From contig QPMI01000058.1 of NCBI GenBank assembly GCA_004431415.1, positions 248,001 through 312,000 on the forward strand: DNA of 64,000 nucleotides. Direction: 5' to 3'. The position numbers and the translations under genes were made by a program. Under the pieces are notes generated by a model. The model did not search any database and was not told the DNA's origin. It saw only the letters and a list, made by a program, of their open reading frames with translations. This document shows positions 1-13,078 of the stretch, one piece after another (within the stretch, counting starts at the first letter, position 1; every line of letters starts with the position of its first letter). Source of the DNA: Cyanophora paradoxa CCMP329 (lineage: Eukaryota; Plantae; Glaucophyta).

Positions 1-545
1 GCACTTGCGGATCCAGGTCTTAAACTGCGAGTTAGACGGCTGGAGCGCAAGACCCTTCTCGAACGCCGTCTTGGCGCTCTCGTACTCGCTGAGCTCGAAG
101 CAGGCCACGCTGCGCACGCCGCATCCGCCTTTAGTCTCAACGTACAGCCGCACACGAAGCTGCGGCGCTGACCCCTTGCGCATGAAGTTGGTCGCGTTGC
201 TGGGGTCCAGTTCGATGGCCTTGTTGGCGTCAGCGACGGCGTCTGCGCGAGACATTGAGCGCTCTGTGCGCACTATCGCTGCTTCCAAGCGCGCGGCACC
301 TGTGTAGTTGGCGAGCTTGATGTGAGTATGTGCGCGGTGGCGGTAAAAGTCGGCGTTGGAGGCGTCCAGCTGGATGGCGGTGTTGAAGTGGACCAGGCTA
401 TCCTCGAAGTTCTCGTCCACGAACGCGCTGCACCCCGCCGCAAAGGCTGACAGCGGAGCGACGTGTGAGCGGCCGACAGCAGCTGACGGCGCTGGAGGCC
501 TCGAGGGCTGCGCGACGCACCGCTTTCAGGCGTGGTAATCGACAT
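1..545 (-). CDS. SGT1: SGT1 co-chaperone, N-terminal TPR exons (gene continues beyond window start)
   Basis: Manual splicing gives LLSAAHTAFVDENFEDSLVHFNTAIQLDASNADFYRHRAHTHIKLANYT / DAVADANKAIELDPSNATNFMRKG / VACFELSEYESAKTAFEKG, closely resembling the plant SGT1 TPR domain as I recall it; ATG at 545. Confidence 0.8.
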
Positions 546-648
546 CTCTCCGGCTCGCCTGCAGACACACGGAATGGAAGAGGTTCAGGAATGTTCCTTG
601 AACTCGGGCGCGAACGAAGTCAGGCTCTACCCGCCCCCATCAACCACC

Positions 649-2398
649 ATGGCCAGCTCCAAGCCCCTCGCGAACAAGATCGCCGTTATCACTGGTGCGC
701 ATATGACGCGTTGACATCGCGTACGCCGGTTCCCGACGCCCCGGGCGCAGGTGCCGGGAGCGGGATAGGCAAAGCCGCCGCGGTGCTCTTTGCCGAGCAA
801 GGAGCGAAGGTCGCCATCTGCGCGCGGCGCGAAGAGCGTGCGTGCCGGGCCCGCGTCGCCCAAGCCGCGATGCGCTCTCGCGCGCGTTCTCCCGTCGGCC
901 GCGGTTCGAATTCGTGCGACCCGCGGCTGCCCCCATCCTGCCTGCAGGCTTGGAGGAAACTTCAAAGGACATCGCGAAGCTCGGCGGAGAGGTGCGCGCT
1001 CTGCTGAGACCGCAGAGCTCAAGCCCTCAGTTGAACGAGAGCTCGCGCGGGCAGGTCCTTATCCACGCCTGCGACGTGTCCAAGCCGGAGGATGTGAGCT
1101 CTTTCTTCGAGGCTGGTGCGCCGGCCCAAGCTCAGTCGCGACCGCTCAGCGGCTTAAGCTTGTCGGGCCTTCGCGCGTGGCAACCGCGGCGCCGGCATGC
1201 TTGCGGCGCCGGCGCGGGCAACGTTGACCGCGCCCCGTGCGCCTGCCCGTGCGGCAGTGACGGAGAAGTGGGGCAAGCGCATCGACATCCTCTGCGCGCA
1301 TGCCGGCGTGAACGGCGTCTGGGCGCCGATCGAGGAGCTTCAGCCCGACGAGTTCGGTGCGCTTAAGCTTGACCTCGAAGTCGAATCCAGATCTAAATCT
1401 AGATCTAAATATGGCCCTCGCCCCTCGTTCTCGGACCATTCGGGGCCTCGCAGATCACACGGTGGCCATCAACATGCGCGGCACCTTTCTCACCGTCCGC
1501 GCGGCTGTCCCGTACATGAAGCAGCACGGCGGGTGAGTCGACTCTTACGTTTGCTCTCTGGATTCGCCGCCCCATCGTCCAGACTCGTCCTGCGATCTCA
1601 CCGGCGATGTCAGCGTCATCCTCGTCACGTCGAGCATCAACGGGACGCGGCAGTTCGGCAAGCCCGGCGCCGCGATCTACGGCGCCACAAAGGGCGCCGT
1701 CCTCGCCTTCGCCAAGGCGCGATCGAATTCGAATTCGAATTCAAATTCGAATGCAAAAAGCGAGCCGGATATCGATTTGATCGCGCAGGTGCTGGCGGTG
1801 GAGTTGGGGAAGCACCGCATCCGCGTCAACGCCGTGTGCCCGGGCCTCATCGGCCAGGACACCCTCATCATGCAGGTCCGCCGGCCTAGATTCTGAGACC
1901 TCGGAGTCTCCCCGTACCGCCGCTGCCGCCGCTGCCGCGTGACGCCCGCGGCAGGAGCAGACGGAGCAGCGCCACATAGAGCACATCCAAATCAAGAAGG
2001 AGGCGCGCGCGCTCCGCTCCGCCTGCCAGGCGCTCTGCTCTGACCGGCGCGCGGGCACCGGTCCGGCCCGGCAGGTGGAGCAGAAGTTCGCGCTCACGGA
2101 CGTCGACTCGAAGAAGGGCCTCGCCAGCCGCGAGGCGCGCCGCGCTCCGGCCCAGCCCCCGGCCCGATGCACCCGCTCTGATGCCCGCCCCGGCCCTGCC
2201 CGGCCTCGCCCGGCCTCGCCCGGCCCGCAGGTGGCGGAGTGTATGGCGTTCCTCGCCTCGGACAGATGCGCCCACGTCACCGGCGCGCCCGCCGGCCCTC
2301 CCCCGCCCGCCGCGCCGGGCCCGAGGAGTGACCTTGCAGCTTGGCGCGCAGGGACGGAGTTCTACATCGACGGGGGCCAGACCCTCGTCGCCCACTAG
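649..2398 (+). CDS. Short-chain dehydrogenase/reductase (multi-exon)
   Basis: Spliced exons give IAVITG-AGSGIGK (TGxxxGxG), HAGVNGVWAPIEEL, SSINGTR, catalytic YGATK (YxxxK), IRVNAVCPG and TG-TEFYIDGG; ATG 649, TAG 2396-2398. Confidence 0.9.
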
Positions 2399-2747
2399 GC
2401 CGTGCGCCCATACAAATGCATATGGCCGCTGCGGCATGCCGCCCATGGCCATACCAGGCCCCCGGCCCCGCCCCGCCTGTCACAGAGTCTGTAAGTAATG
2501 GAGCTTGAGGGCCTGCAGCCGCGCGCCACCACACGAATGGTTAATTTCCGTCTGCTTCGAAGTTGAAGTTTCCTACTTCGCATGCTTCGAATTCGAAGTT
2601 TAATTTCCTACTTCAAATCTGATTCAAATTGCGAACTCGTCTGGAAGGTCATAGGGCGCTAGCGTTCGATCAAGCGAATCAAATCAACTACCGAGCCGAT
2701 GCTCCGCGCTCCGCGCTCCTCGCTCCTCGCGCGCCGCGCGCCTCCCT

Positions 2748-5370
2748 CTACTCGTCGTCCTCGTAGACGGGCTGGATGGTGGCCACATACCGCGTCAGGT
2801 CCGGTGCCCCCTCCTCGGGCCACCCGTCCGCCCTCGCCCGCGCGAGCGCCTCCTTCGCGCCCCGCAGGAAGGCCGCCCAGTCCTGCCCGCCCCGCCCGCC
2901 CGGATCAAATTCGATTCGGACGGGATAATTCACGCGCGCACGTCGGGGTGGATGGAGCAGTACTCAGCCATTTCTTTCTCGCTCATCTCGAGGATGGACC
3001 GCATCTTGACCACCCGCCTCTTCGTCCTAAAAGAAGCTGAGGAAAAGCAGAGGGGAGGGGGGAAGAGATGAGGGGGGGTACGGGTGCCGGAGGGTCCCGT
3101 CGGAGGAGAGGCAGATGGCGAGGCGGGGCCAGATGCGGCGCTCCAAGCTGAAGGCAAGGACCTTCGGCGCCGGGCCCTGCCGGGGGGCTCAAGGGGGTAG
3201 GGGGAAAGAGTGGAGGGGGGTACGGGTCGCACCACCTCCGAAACGACGCCAAAGTCGCGGAAGGCGCGGAGCTTCGGCTTGAGGCTGCGGGGCGGAGGGG
3301 GTGCGTGGGGACCGGCGGGGGCGGATGGAGGGGGGGTACGAGTCCGCACGTCGTCTCGTGGCGCAGGCAGAGGACGTTTGCGGACATTCGGGCCACCTGA
3401 GGGGGGTATCGGTGGGGCGTGGGGGGGGGGGGAAGGGGAGTGGGGTACCTGTGCCGCCATCTCTGGCGTAACCCCGTAGCGCTTGCGACCCTGCGCGGCC
3501 CCCAGGGTCAGTCGGAACGACGAAATCGGCCCGGGGAGGGGGGGGGGTACGCGCCTCCTTCAGGAGCCATTCCACGTTCTCGGCCACCGCGTACGTGGAG
3601 CTTGGGGAAGGGGGGTACGGGTCAGGGCGAAAGAGGGTGGCGGGGGGTACGGGGGCCGACCCGAGAAGCGTCGGGTGCGCCCGAATGATCCCGAGGGTCT
3701 CGTGCTCTTCCACCCTGAACAACAGCCCACCCCTTCGCAAAAAGAAGAAGACGGCAGGGAGAAAGGCGTACCCCAGGCGGGCCAGGGCGCTCTCCACGCG
3801 CGCGAAAATGACGTTGACGTCCTTCGCGACAGCGAACGAAGCGTCCCGGAGCTGTACCCCCCCTGTGAGGCATGGCGCGCGGTACCCGGCGCGCGGGGCG
3901 GCGCGGGCCGCACCGCCCTTCGGATCTGGGCCACGTCGAATCCGCGCTCCCTCAGGCCCCCCACGAAGGACCTGAGCTGCGGGGAGCGAACGAAGTTCGC
4001 TCAGGTGACCGGCGGGCGGGCCGGGCTAGAGTAGACTTGTTCTATTTCTGGACGAGAGGGGGGGGAGGGGGGGGGGCGGACCGTGACGAGGTCCCGCGTG
4101 AAGATAGCGCTCCACTTGACGAAGAGCGTGCGCACCTCCTCCGCCCCGAACTCCCCGCCCTATGTAGAGGGGGGGGAAGAACTTGAGGGGGGGTAGAGGG
4201 TCGGGTGGAGGGGGGGGTAGCCCCGCGCGCCTCGGGGGAGGTTAGGAAGGCGACGCGGGCACGGAAGGCGTCGGCCGGGAACGACACGAGGCACGGCTGG
4301 CGCCGCATCGCCTCCGCGATCTCCGCCCTTGCGCTATATTTAGAACGCGAAGGAGGGGGTGGGAGGAGAGGGGCAGGGGAGGGGGGGTAGGCACTCGGAG
4401 AGCTCGAGGTCGTCGCGGAAGAAGCCGACGAGTTCACGTATCCCCTCCTCCGTCACCAGCGCCGCCTTTAGGGAGGGGGGGATTCAGTATGCGGGCGGGC
4501 CCGGCGAAGGGGGTACGGTACCTGACTGGGAGAGTGCTGCGCGATGTAGTCGGCGGTTTTCGCGTTGAACCCCCCCGCCATCATCGCCTCCCGGCCTGCG
4601 GGGGTACGGGTGCCCCGGATCGGTGCCGGGGGTACGGTGTCGGCGATGAGAGGCGCGAGCGCACCGGTGTCGAGACGGTCGGAGGAGACGACTGAGCCGA
4701 AGGGGCGGCGGAAGCCGTCGCCAGAAGCTGCGGCGGCGCTCGTCGGGTACCGGCGATGCGAAGGGTGGGGGGTGGACTAGAGGGGGGTACCCAGCTTCTC
4801 GAGGCTCTCGGACTTCTGCGCCAGAAGCGAGATGTACTCGGCCACGACCTGGCGGGGGGGGGAGGGGGGGGGTACGACGTCAGGGCGCGGGTGCGGGCCG
4901 GCCGAGCGGGGGTCCGTCCGCGCCTGCTGCGGGGGTGCAGCCTGGATCTCCCGTCGTATGATTTCCATGCGGCGGCGGAGCTCCTCGGCCCCCGCGTTGA
5001 CGATGGAGGGCCGTTCCTGCGGTCGCCCCGCCGCCCACGTGAGCCGCAGAGCTGCCCCGCGGGGCGGCCGGCTGGCCGGCGCGCACCGTGACGCAGCGTG
5101 CGGCGGCGGCCGGGGGTACCTTCCACTCAACCAGCAGGAGGTCCAGGACGTCGCTGAGGGGGGGAAGAGGTTCAGGGGCGGGGAAGGAAGGTGCGCCGGG
5201 TACAGGCACGGGCGGGACGCGCTTGAGGAACTGGGCGGAGGGTACGTCGCGGAACCTGTGGCGGCGCACGACGCAGGCGGCCGTGGAAGAGGCGACGTTG
5301 CCCTCCAGCCCGACGCGGTCTCTAAGGATTTCCTGCAGCTCTGCGGCCGTGGCCGCCTGGCCTGGCTTCA
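2748..5370 (-). CDS. Probable mTERF-repeat protein (many short exons; start approximate)
   Basis: Exonic peptides such as EIAEAMRRQPCLVSFPADAFRARVAFLTS, TLGIIRAHPTLL, YAVAENVEWLLKE and SLKPKLRAFRDFGV resemble mTERF repeats; stop at 2748. Confidence 0.5.
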
Positions 5371-6470
5371 TGAGGCTAGCCGAGGGGCCCGCCGTCCGCC
5401 GCGGCGCCGCCGGCGCTGCCGAGGAGGGGCCGGGCTCCGGCCGCGGGGCCCTGTCGCGCGGGCCTTCAACCCGAGAGATGCGCCGCGCGTGCAAGGGCTG
5501 CAGACTGACCTGCCCAGGAACGCCCGGCGCGGGAGCAGACAGGCGCTTTTCTCGGAATGAGGGGCTGCTGCGTCCCTGTGCAGGCGCCCCGAGGCTGCGA
5601 AAGGTTCGGCCGCTGGGTGCGTTGGGCAGGGGGGCGGACTGAAGGAGGAGCGCACCTGTCGCAGAAGGTCTCGCCGAGCGTCCGCGCGCCAGCCTGGAGC
5701 GATTCAGCGCGATGCGGGCGGGATCATGAGCGTGGGGTCGCACCTAGCACTGCTCGCGGCAGCGAGGACCTGCGGGGCGCTTTGAAGCGGCGCTACCGCT
5801 GCAGCAGCATCAATGAGCGTGGCGAGGAGCCGCGCGGGTGGGCGGCAGGAACGACTCGGGCGTACCGGCCGCGGCCGGCAGGGGCGCGACGAAGAGCACT
5901 CGGGATGGCGCTGGGGCCACGGGGCTAGGCGCTGTATTGCAGAAGCTCATTCCTGCTACTCCGCTAGTGGCCTGCATTCAACTTCTTCCCTGCGAACGAA
6001 CTTCGAATTCACGCTTCAGCGTTTGAATCCGCACAGCAACGTTCGCGTGCGCATCTCGGATGGCATGCTCGCAGCATTGCCGCACCTTCCTACGGACCGA
6101 AGAGGCCCAGAAGAGCGAGCCGCGCGCACCGATTGCTGAGCGGTGACCTACACTACGAGGTGACCTACGGCAAGCTTAAACACCTCAGGGCCTCCCGCTC
6201 AACGCTGCTGGCGCGTTCGGTGCGCGGCCCGGTGGCCGAGAGCGGCTCTAGCTAGCGATCGGATTCGATCCACGAATGCTGTGTACCCCAAGACCTGCCT
6301 TAGAGAATTCGATCCGAGCTCGACTGGGCATGCACATGCGCTAGGCCTCACCCACGGCGACTGCCTTAAACGCGAGCTCGATGCCTGCGAACCCTGCTGC
6401 CAGTCCCAGCTCTAGGGGTCGCTCAGGCACCGCCGGGCCGCGCGACTCTTGTTCGGATGCATTGGCAGAT

Positions 6471-8849
6471 CTAGACTCTGAGAGGGCGGTTCCAGTGGGC
6501 ATTGGGGACCGGGGCTACCAGTCGGAGGAGGCGCCCTCGCGCCCCGGCGTGGGCGGCGGGCGCCACGGGCGGTCCGCGAAGATCGTCGCCATGAACTGCG
6601 CGGGCATGCACGGCCCCGTCAGCTAGCCTGGAGCGAGGCAGAGCGAAGCGGGGCGGGGCGGGGCGGGGGCGGGGCGCGCGTCGGCGACGGTGGCGGGGGA
6701 GATGGCGGGCGGGCCGGCGCCGGCGAGCTCCCCGCCGAGCTGGAGGGCCGGGAGGGGCGCGCCGGGGCGGCCCCTGCAGAAGTAAGGGCACGAGTAGCGC
6801 GCCTCGGCCTCGGGGATTGTCGCGTCGTTCTGGTCCAAAAACGTGAGCAAACAAACAAGCACACGAAAGCGGCCTTCGGAAGGGGCGGGGCGCGCACGAC
6901 ATAGTGGAGCGTAGCGCGGAGGGCGCCGTTGGTGAGGAGGCCCAGCGTCTCGCCTGCCGATTAGAGAGAGAAGATCAGAACACGCACGAGAGAGAAGAAG
7001 ATCGGCGCGGTAGGGTGGGGGAGAGGGAGGGAGGGAGGGAGGGGGGTGCGCTGGACTAGGAGCGAGAGGCCCTCTTGGGGGCCCCGGGGGGGTACGATGG
7101 AGGCGGGACTTCGTTCGCACCGACGAATACGGAGAACTGGGCCTCGCCGGCGTTACTCTCCACGTCCACCCACGCCTGCACCGACGGGTCCAACACCACC
7201 TGTACCCCGGCGGGGATAGGGAGGGGGGTAAGTAGGGGAGAGGCGGAACGGGGAGGGGGGGGGGAAGAAATGGCGGACCAGGCCGGGGCTGGAGGAAGGG
7301 GGGGATACGGTGACGAGGCCGAGGTCGGCGTGTACCCCGCAGGCGGGGGCGGCGAAGGCCGCCGCGACGGCCGCCGGACCCCGCGCGTCCCGCGGCGGCA
7401 GCGGCGTCGCGTAGTCCGACGCGTACTCCCCCGCGGGGTCCTCCCCCCCCGCCCCGCCCGCCCCCTCCCGGGCCTTCAGCGCCGCAGTCGCGCGCTTCTC
7501 GGCGATTGCCGCCCGCCGCCGCTTCTCCGCCTGGCTGTGGTACTGCGGAAGCGGATCAGGGGGTACGGGAGAGAAAACTGAGGGGTTTACGGGGCGCCTG
7601 GTACAAGCGCATGACGTCGGAGCCGTACGCGTCGTCGGGGAACGGATCGATGGGGTCTGGGATGGGGGAAGTTCAGGCCTGGGGACGGGATTCCGGGGGT
7701 ACGGAGGGGGGGGGGGAGGAGGGTCCGGGGTACCGAGGAGGTCGGTGAAGGTGGCGGGGGGGAGGGAGAGCCCCTCGGCGATGAGGGTAAGCACGCCGCG
7801 CGAGATCTGCGGTACCCCCCGCGATCGTCGCCCCCGCCCGGCGAGGAAACGCCGTACCCCGCTTCGTGCGCACGGAGTCGAGGAGGCGGAAGAGGGCGGT
7901 AAGGGCGGACTCGAGGCGGCCCCCGTCCCCCTCGGGCCAGGGGAAGGGCGCCGCCCGCAGCGAGTGCCGCCGCACCTGGAACCACTCCCTGCTCAGGTGA
8001 GATGAGGCTCGGCCGGCTAAGATAGGCAAGCAAGCGCGCACCGGCCGGGCTGGCCGGTCCAGCCGACGAACTTCTCGGAGCCGGAGCCGGGGGATACGAG
8101 GAGCTTGCGGGGGCGCTTCTCCTCCGCGGGGCGCGCGAAGAAGGCGCCCGCCGCTGCGTGCGCCTCCCGCACAACCGCCACCTGAGCCGAAGAATCAATG
8201 AAGCAAGCTTTGGAGGCGGTTCTAAAGGCTTTAGAGGGCTTTAAAAGCCTCGCGTCGGCGGCGGAAGCGGCGGCGGCGGCGGAGCGGCGGAGGCCTTTCT
8301 CAAATTAAAGCTTCGGACTCTCTATGCTTCGGGCTTTGGGCTTTGGGCTTCGGGCGTTGGGCTTTGGGCGCGCCTGGTCGGGCCCGACGGAGACGCGGAG
8401 GAACGAGTGGGCGCGTAGGGAGTCCAGCACGAGGCGGGCGAGGCGGGCGCGCGAGGCGGAGGGGCCGTCTTCGAAGGCGGCGTACGGGAGGTCCGCCAGA
8501 GGCTCGGAGAGCGGCGCGGGGACGCCCCTGTCGCAGACGACCAGCGAGTAGACGGCTCCGTCCTTCAACTTCACGAACCAGCCCAGCGGCTGGCGCGCGC
8601 GCGGAGCGGCGGAATCGACGTGGAGCGCGGAGCGGAGAGGGGGCGGGAGGGGAAGGCGGACCACGAGGGGCTCGTACTCCAGCCTGATGCAGCCGACGAT
8701 CTCGCAGGAGGGCGGGAGCCCCAGCGCCTTGTGGAACGCGAGCGTCATCTCGTAGGCCGTCATCGTGTCGCTCAGGCGCACAGCCACCGGGGCACGCGGC
8801 GCCTGCGCGTGCGGCGACACGCGGGGCGCGGTCGGAGGAGAGGCTCATG
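6471..8849 (-). CDS. 2OG-Fe(II) dioxygenase (IPNS/DIOX-like) with N-terminal extension; ends approximate
   Basis: DIOX_N-like LVLDSLRAHSFLRV, VLTLIAEGLSLPPATF, HxD motif CGVHADLGLVTV, AWVDVE...FSVFVG and RYSCPYF (RxS). Confidence 0.7.
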
Positions 8850-9285
8850 ATCAAGGCGTCTGCGAGTGTGTACCTGGGCTGGCGAGGCTCCGTCGGCCAG
8901 CCGGAACATCAGCTCCCTCCCTCCTGGCGCCGACGCCGCCGCCGCCGCAGGACCACTGCTGCTGCTGCTGCTGCTCTTGTTGCCCATGCTGCGGCGCCGG
9001 GTGCGAGTGCTGCTTTGCTATCCGCCGTGCGGCGCGCCTTGCGCAGCCTGTAGCGGAGCTTTGCTGTGCAACCGGGACGCTATCGCCGCGCTCTGCTGTG
9101 CCGCTGCGTCGAGCGGCAGGGCGTGCGTCAAGCCTCCAAGCGCGAGGGTGTCACTGCAGAAGCTCTCTAGCAACCCTCCGCCATGCTTTGGTCTCCCGTA
9201 CGGCGCACGGGGCTCGTGGGCGGCAGTCGAGCGCTAATGGCGACCGTACCCGGCCCGGGGACGATCGCCGCGTACCCCAGAAAAG

Positions 9286-12200
9286 ATGTCGAGCGCGTTT
9301 GTTCCCGGAGCAGCTGTCGCTGTGACTCATGCCCAGCTGGCTCCGGCCAGCTCGGCTAGGGTCTGTTCGAGCGGCGCACGCGCTGTCCAGCCCGCAACTC
9401 CCATCGACACAGCGCTGGCCAGCTCGTCACGCGGATCGTCGTTCTTCGGCAGCAGTTCCATCCGGACCTTCACGGCGACGCCCCGCGCAGAGCGGCAGGC
9501 CGCCACGCCCCCCACGTGCGCTCCTGCACATGCGGTGTCCGCCATGGCGTCGGATGCTGTCAAGTCGGGTGAGCGATTCATTTCTAATCCACCCGCGTCG
9601 CGTGCCTCGCGAGCTCCCGCCGGACCCGAGCCGGACGTCCAAGCCTGCGCGCGAAGTGCCGCACGCGGCCGATCCGCGCCGCATCCTGACGGTGACCGGC
9701 TCGCCGCGCAGCTGAGAAGACGAACGAGTCCAAATGGGAGCGGAAGGCGCGGAAGGTGGAGGAGTCGCGCAAGAAGCTGAAGGCGGCCGTCGAGAAGGAC
9801 CCCAAGGGTGCGCGCGCGCGGCCGATCCGGCGCCGCGGCGTCGTGAAAACGCGCCGCTGTCACCGTCTCGAGCGGGGCGGGTGGGCGGCAGACGCACAGA
9901 GCTGGCTGGCGTGGGCGCGGCTTGAGTACAACGAGGGGCTCGTCTCGCAGGCGCGCCAGCTCTTCAACGAGGCGCTTCAGAACGTCCCGGACAACTCCAA
10001 GCTCCTCCAGGTGCGCGGCCTCGAGCCTTGCGGCTCTAGGCGCCCGCCCCCGCGCCCGGAGCGAGCGAGAGGGCGGGCGAGCGAGAGCGGGGCGCAGGCG
10101 TGGGCCGTCCTCGAGACGAAGGAGGGGCGGTACAAGCGGGCGCAGCAGCTCTTCCAGCGCGGCGTGACGCAGGGGAACAAGGCGACGGCGCCGCACTTCC
10201 AGGCGTGGGGGCTCCTCGAGCAGCGCCTGGGCAACATCCAGCGCGCCGCAGGCCTTTTCGAGCAGGCGACCAAGCTTGACCCCGTCTCCGCGCCTTCCTG
10301 GTCGGCCTGGTACGCGGGTTCGAATCCGAGCTCGGAAGGACGCGGGTTCAAATCCGCGCGGGGCCCTTTTCTCCCGTTCGCAGGGCGCTGCTGGAGGAGA
10401 GCCGCGGGAACCGTACCCTGGCGCGCAAGCTCTTCAAGAAGGCAGTCGAGGCCGACGACAAGAACCCCCGCTCCTGGCAGGCCTGGGCCGTTACCGAGGT
10501 CCCGTACCCCCCCTCCGGTTCTTCCCCCCCTCCGCCACCTCACAAGGGTACAGGCGCGCTTCGGCAACTTCAACCGCGCCCGCGAACTCTTCCAGAAGGC
10601 CGCCGCGGTCGACCCCAAGCACGCCCCCGTCTACCAGGCGCGTACCCCCCCCCTCGAATCCCTCCCCCGTCTGAGGCTCCCCGCAGGCGTGGGCGGTGAT
10701 GGAGGAGAAGGCGAACAACTACGGAAAGGCGCGCCGCCCGGAGCCGAACCCTCCCGCGCGCGCTCGCCCTCGCTGGCTGACCGGACGGCAGGCGCGCGAG
10801 CTGTTCGAGAAGGCGAGCCGCTGCGATAACCGCCACATGCCGACCTACACGTCCTGGCGCGCCCTCTACCCCCCCCCCCACGCCTACTTAGCTTGCCTTC
10901 CTGAACCTCTACCCCCCCTCCCTCGCCCGGCTGCAGGGCCAAGCTGGAGGCTCAGCTGGGGAACGTCGAGGCGGCGCGCAAGATCTTCGCTCGCGGCATC
11001 CGATCCAACGCTGTCCGCCCCGCCCCGCTCCGCCCCAAAAGCGTAGGATCGGTTTTATGACTCCTTTCCGGGCGCGCAGGACGTGTCGCACAAGTACGCG
11101 CTCCTGGCGCAGCAGGAGTTCGACCGCGGCAACGCCAAGCTCGCCAAGCAGCTCCTCAAGGCGCGCCCCGCCCGCCGCTCCCGCCGCTTTTAGGTTTATC
11201 TACTCGCTCACTTTGGGGGTACGTACAGGAGGGGGCGGACCTGCACCCGAAGAACGCGCCCCTGTGGCAGGCGTGGGGCATCGTCGAGCAGAACGCCGTG
11301 CGCCCCGCGTCAAATTTGATCCGATCGAATTTGATCCGATCGAATTTGTTCCGCATGGAATTCGATCCGATTTTGATCTGGTGGCCGGCCGCAGGGCAAC
11401 GTGGGGACGGCGCGCTCCTACTTCGAGCGCTCCATCGAATCGGACCCCGACCAGGCCTTCGGCTGGCAGGCGCGCGCCCCGCCCCGCCCCGCCCCGCCCC
11501 GCCCACCCGCGCCGAGCCTCGCGTCGGGGGGTACAGGCCCTCGGCCTCCTCGAGGCCGGTGTCGGCAACACGGACCTCGCCCGGTCCCTCTTCAAGTCCG
11601 CACCGTACCCCCCCGGCGCCCTCTGCCCCCCGCGCCTGACCCCGGGGGGTAGGTGTGGCATCCAAGCGAACCCCCGCGACGCCGCGGTGTACCAGGTCCG
11701 GCCGGGCGCGTACCCCCCTCCGGCGGGCCGCCGACGCCGTACCCCCCGCAGGCTTGGGCGGTTCTGGAGGCGCGCGAGGGGAACCACAAGCGCGCACGCG
11801 GACTCTTCCGGAAGTCGTTCGAGGTACCCCCCGCGGCGCGCCTTCTCGCTCCCTCTCCTTGACTCCCTACCACTCAGATCGATCCCAAGAACGGCCCGAC
11901 GCTCAACGCGTGGGCGAAGATGGAGGAGGAGCTCAAGAACTACCCCCGCGTCCGTTCCCCCCCCCCTCCACTTCCGTACCCCCCTCGAGCCCTGGCCCCC
12001 GCCGACGCGGTCGGCAGGCTCGCGAGCTGTTCGAGAAGCTAGTGGAGCTCGAGCCCCTCGACAACGCCGGCTGGCTGGTGCGCTCGTACCCCCTTCCTTT
12101 TCGCGCCAGTTCCGTACCCCGCTGACACCGGTCCCCCGCCCGAAAGGCGTGGGGTGCGATGGAGGCGAAGCAGGGGTACGCCGACCGCGTGCGCGAGGTC

Positions 12201-12494
12201 TACACGAAGGCCGTCGCCGTGCGTACCCCCCCTTGCTGGCATTCCTTTTCTTTGCCCCCATCCCGACCCTCGGGGCAGGCGAACCCGTCTTCGTCGGTCT
12301 ACTCGGCGTGGTCGGGGTACGAGAAGTCGCAGGGCAACTTCAAGGAGGTGACTACCCCCCCCCCCCCACTTGTTCCCCCCCCCTTTTTCTGACGGGGCGG
12401 GTAGGCGACGGAGCTGAAGGAGAAGGCGCGACTGGCGGAGGGCGTACCCCTCCTCCTCGAGGACGACGGGGAGGACGCCGACCTGCTCATCTGA
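9286..12494 (+). CDS. HAT/TPR-repeat plastid RNA maturation factor (HCF107/Mbb1-like)
   Basis: Ser/Ala-rich leader MSSAFVPGAAVA...SSFFG followed by many HAT repeats of the type QAWAVLExxxGNxxxARxLF; TGA at 12492-12494. Confidence 0.75.
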
Positions 12495-13078
12495 GCCCGA
12501 GCCCCTCAGATGAGCTGGGCCGCCGGCGCCGGAAGCGCTCGCTGCCGGCAGGCGTATGTAGCATGTCGATGAATGTTGCAATTTGTAACTATCTTGAGAG
12601 CTAATGCCATGGTCAAAACGTCTCTGCAGCGCTAGCTGCGGTCGCAGCCCCGGACGAAGCACCTGCGCTCAGATTACACCGACGTCGACGATCGAGCACA
12701 GCGCTCGAGCTCCGCCGCGATGCCGCCGAGCTCACTAGTACTCGTGCCCTGAAACCGGCTCGAGCTCTGAGGTAAAGCGCTGCCGCCGCCGCTCCCGACA
12801 CGTCCGACGGTCCACGACGGTTATACTAGTATCCCCCTCCACGCGGACCTCTGTTCCGATCCGGTTTCGCGGGCCGGGCGCCAGCCTCCAGGCTGAGCAT
12901 GGAGTTGGGGAAACTATTATTGAAGGGATGCATATCACATACATGTGTAGCAAGCTGATCAAATGTAAAGCGATGGCAGCGCAGCGACAGCACTAGACCT
13001 GGTAAAGATCAAACACGGTGAAGCTGCCTCAGATCCTCAGAGCAATGCGAAACCAACGCCTGCTCCTAGGCAAACGAC

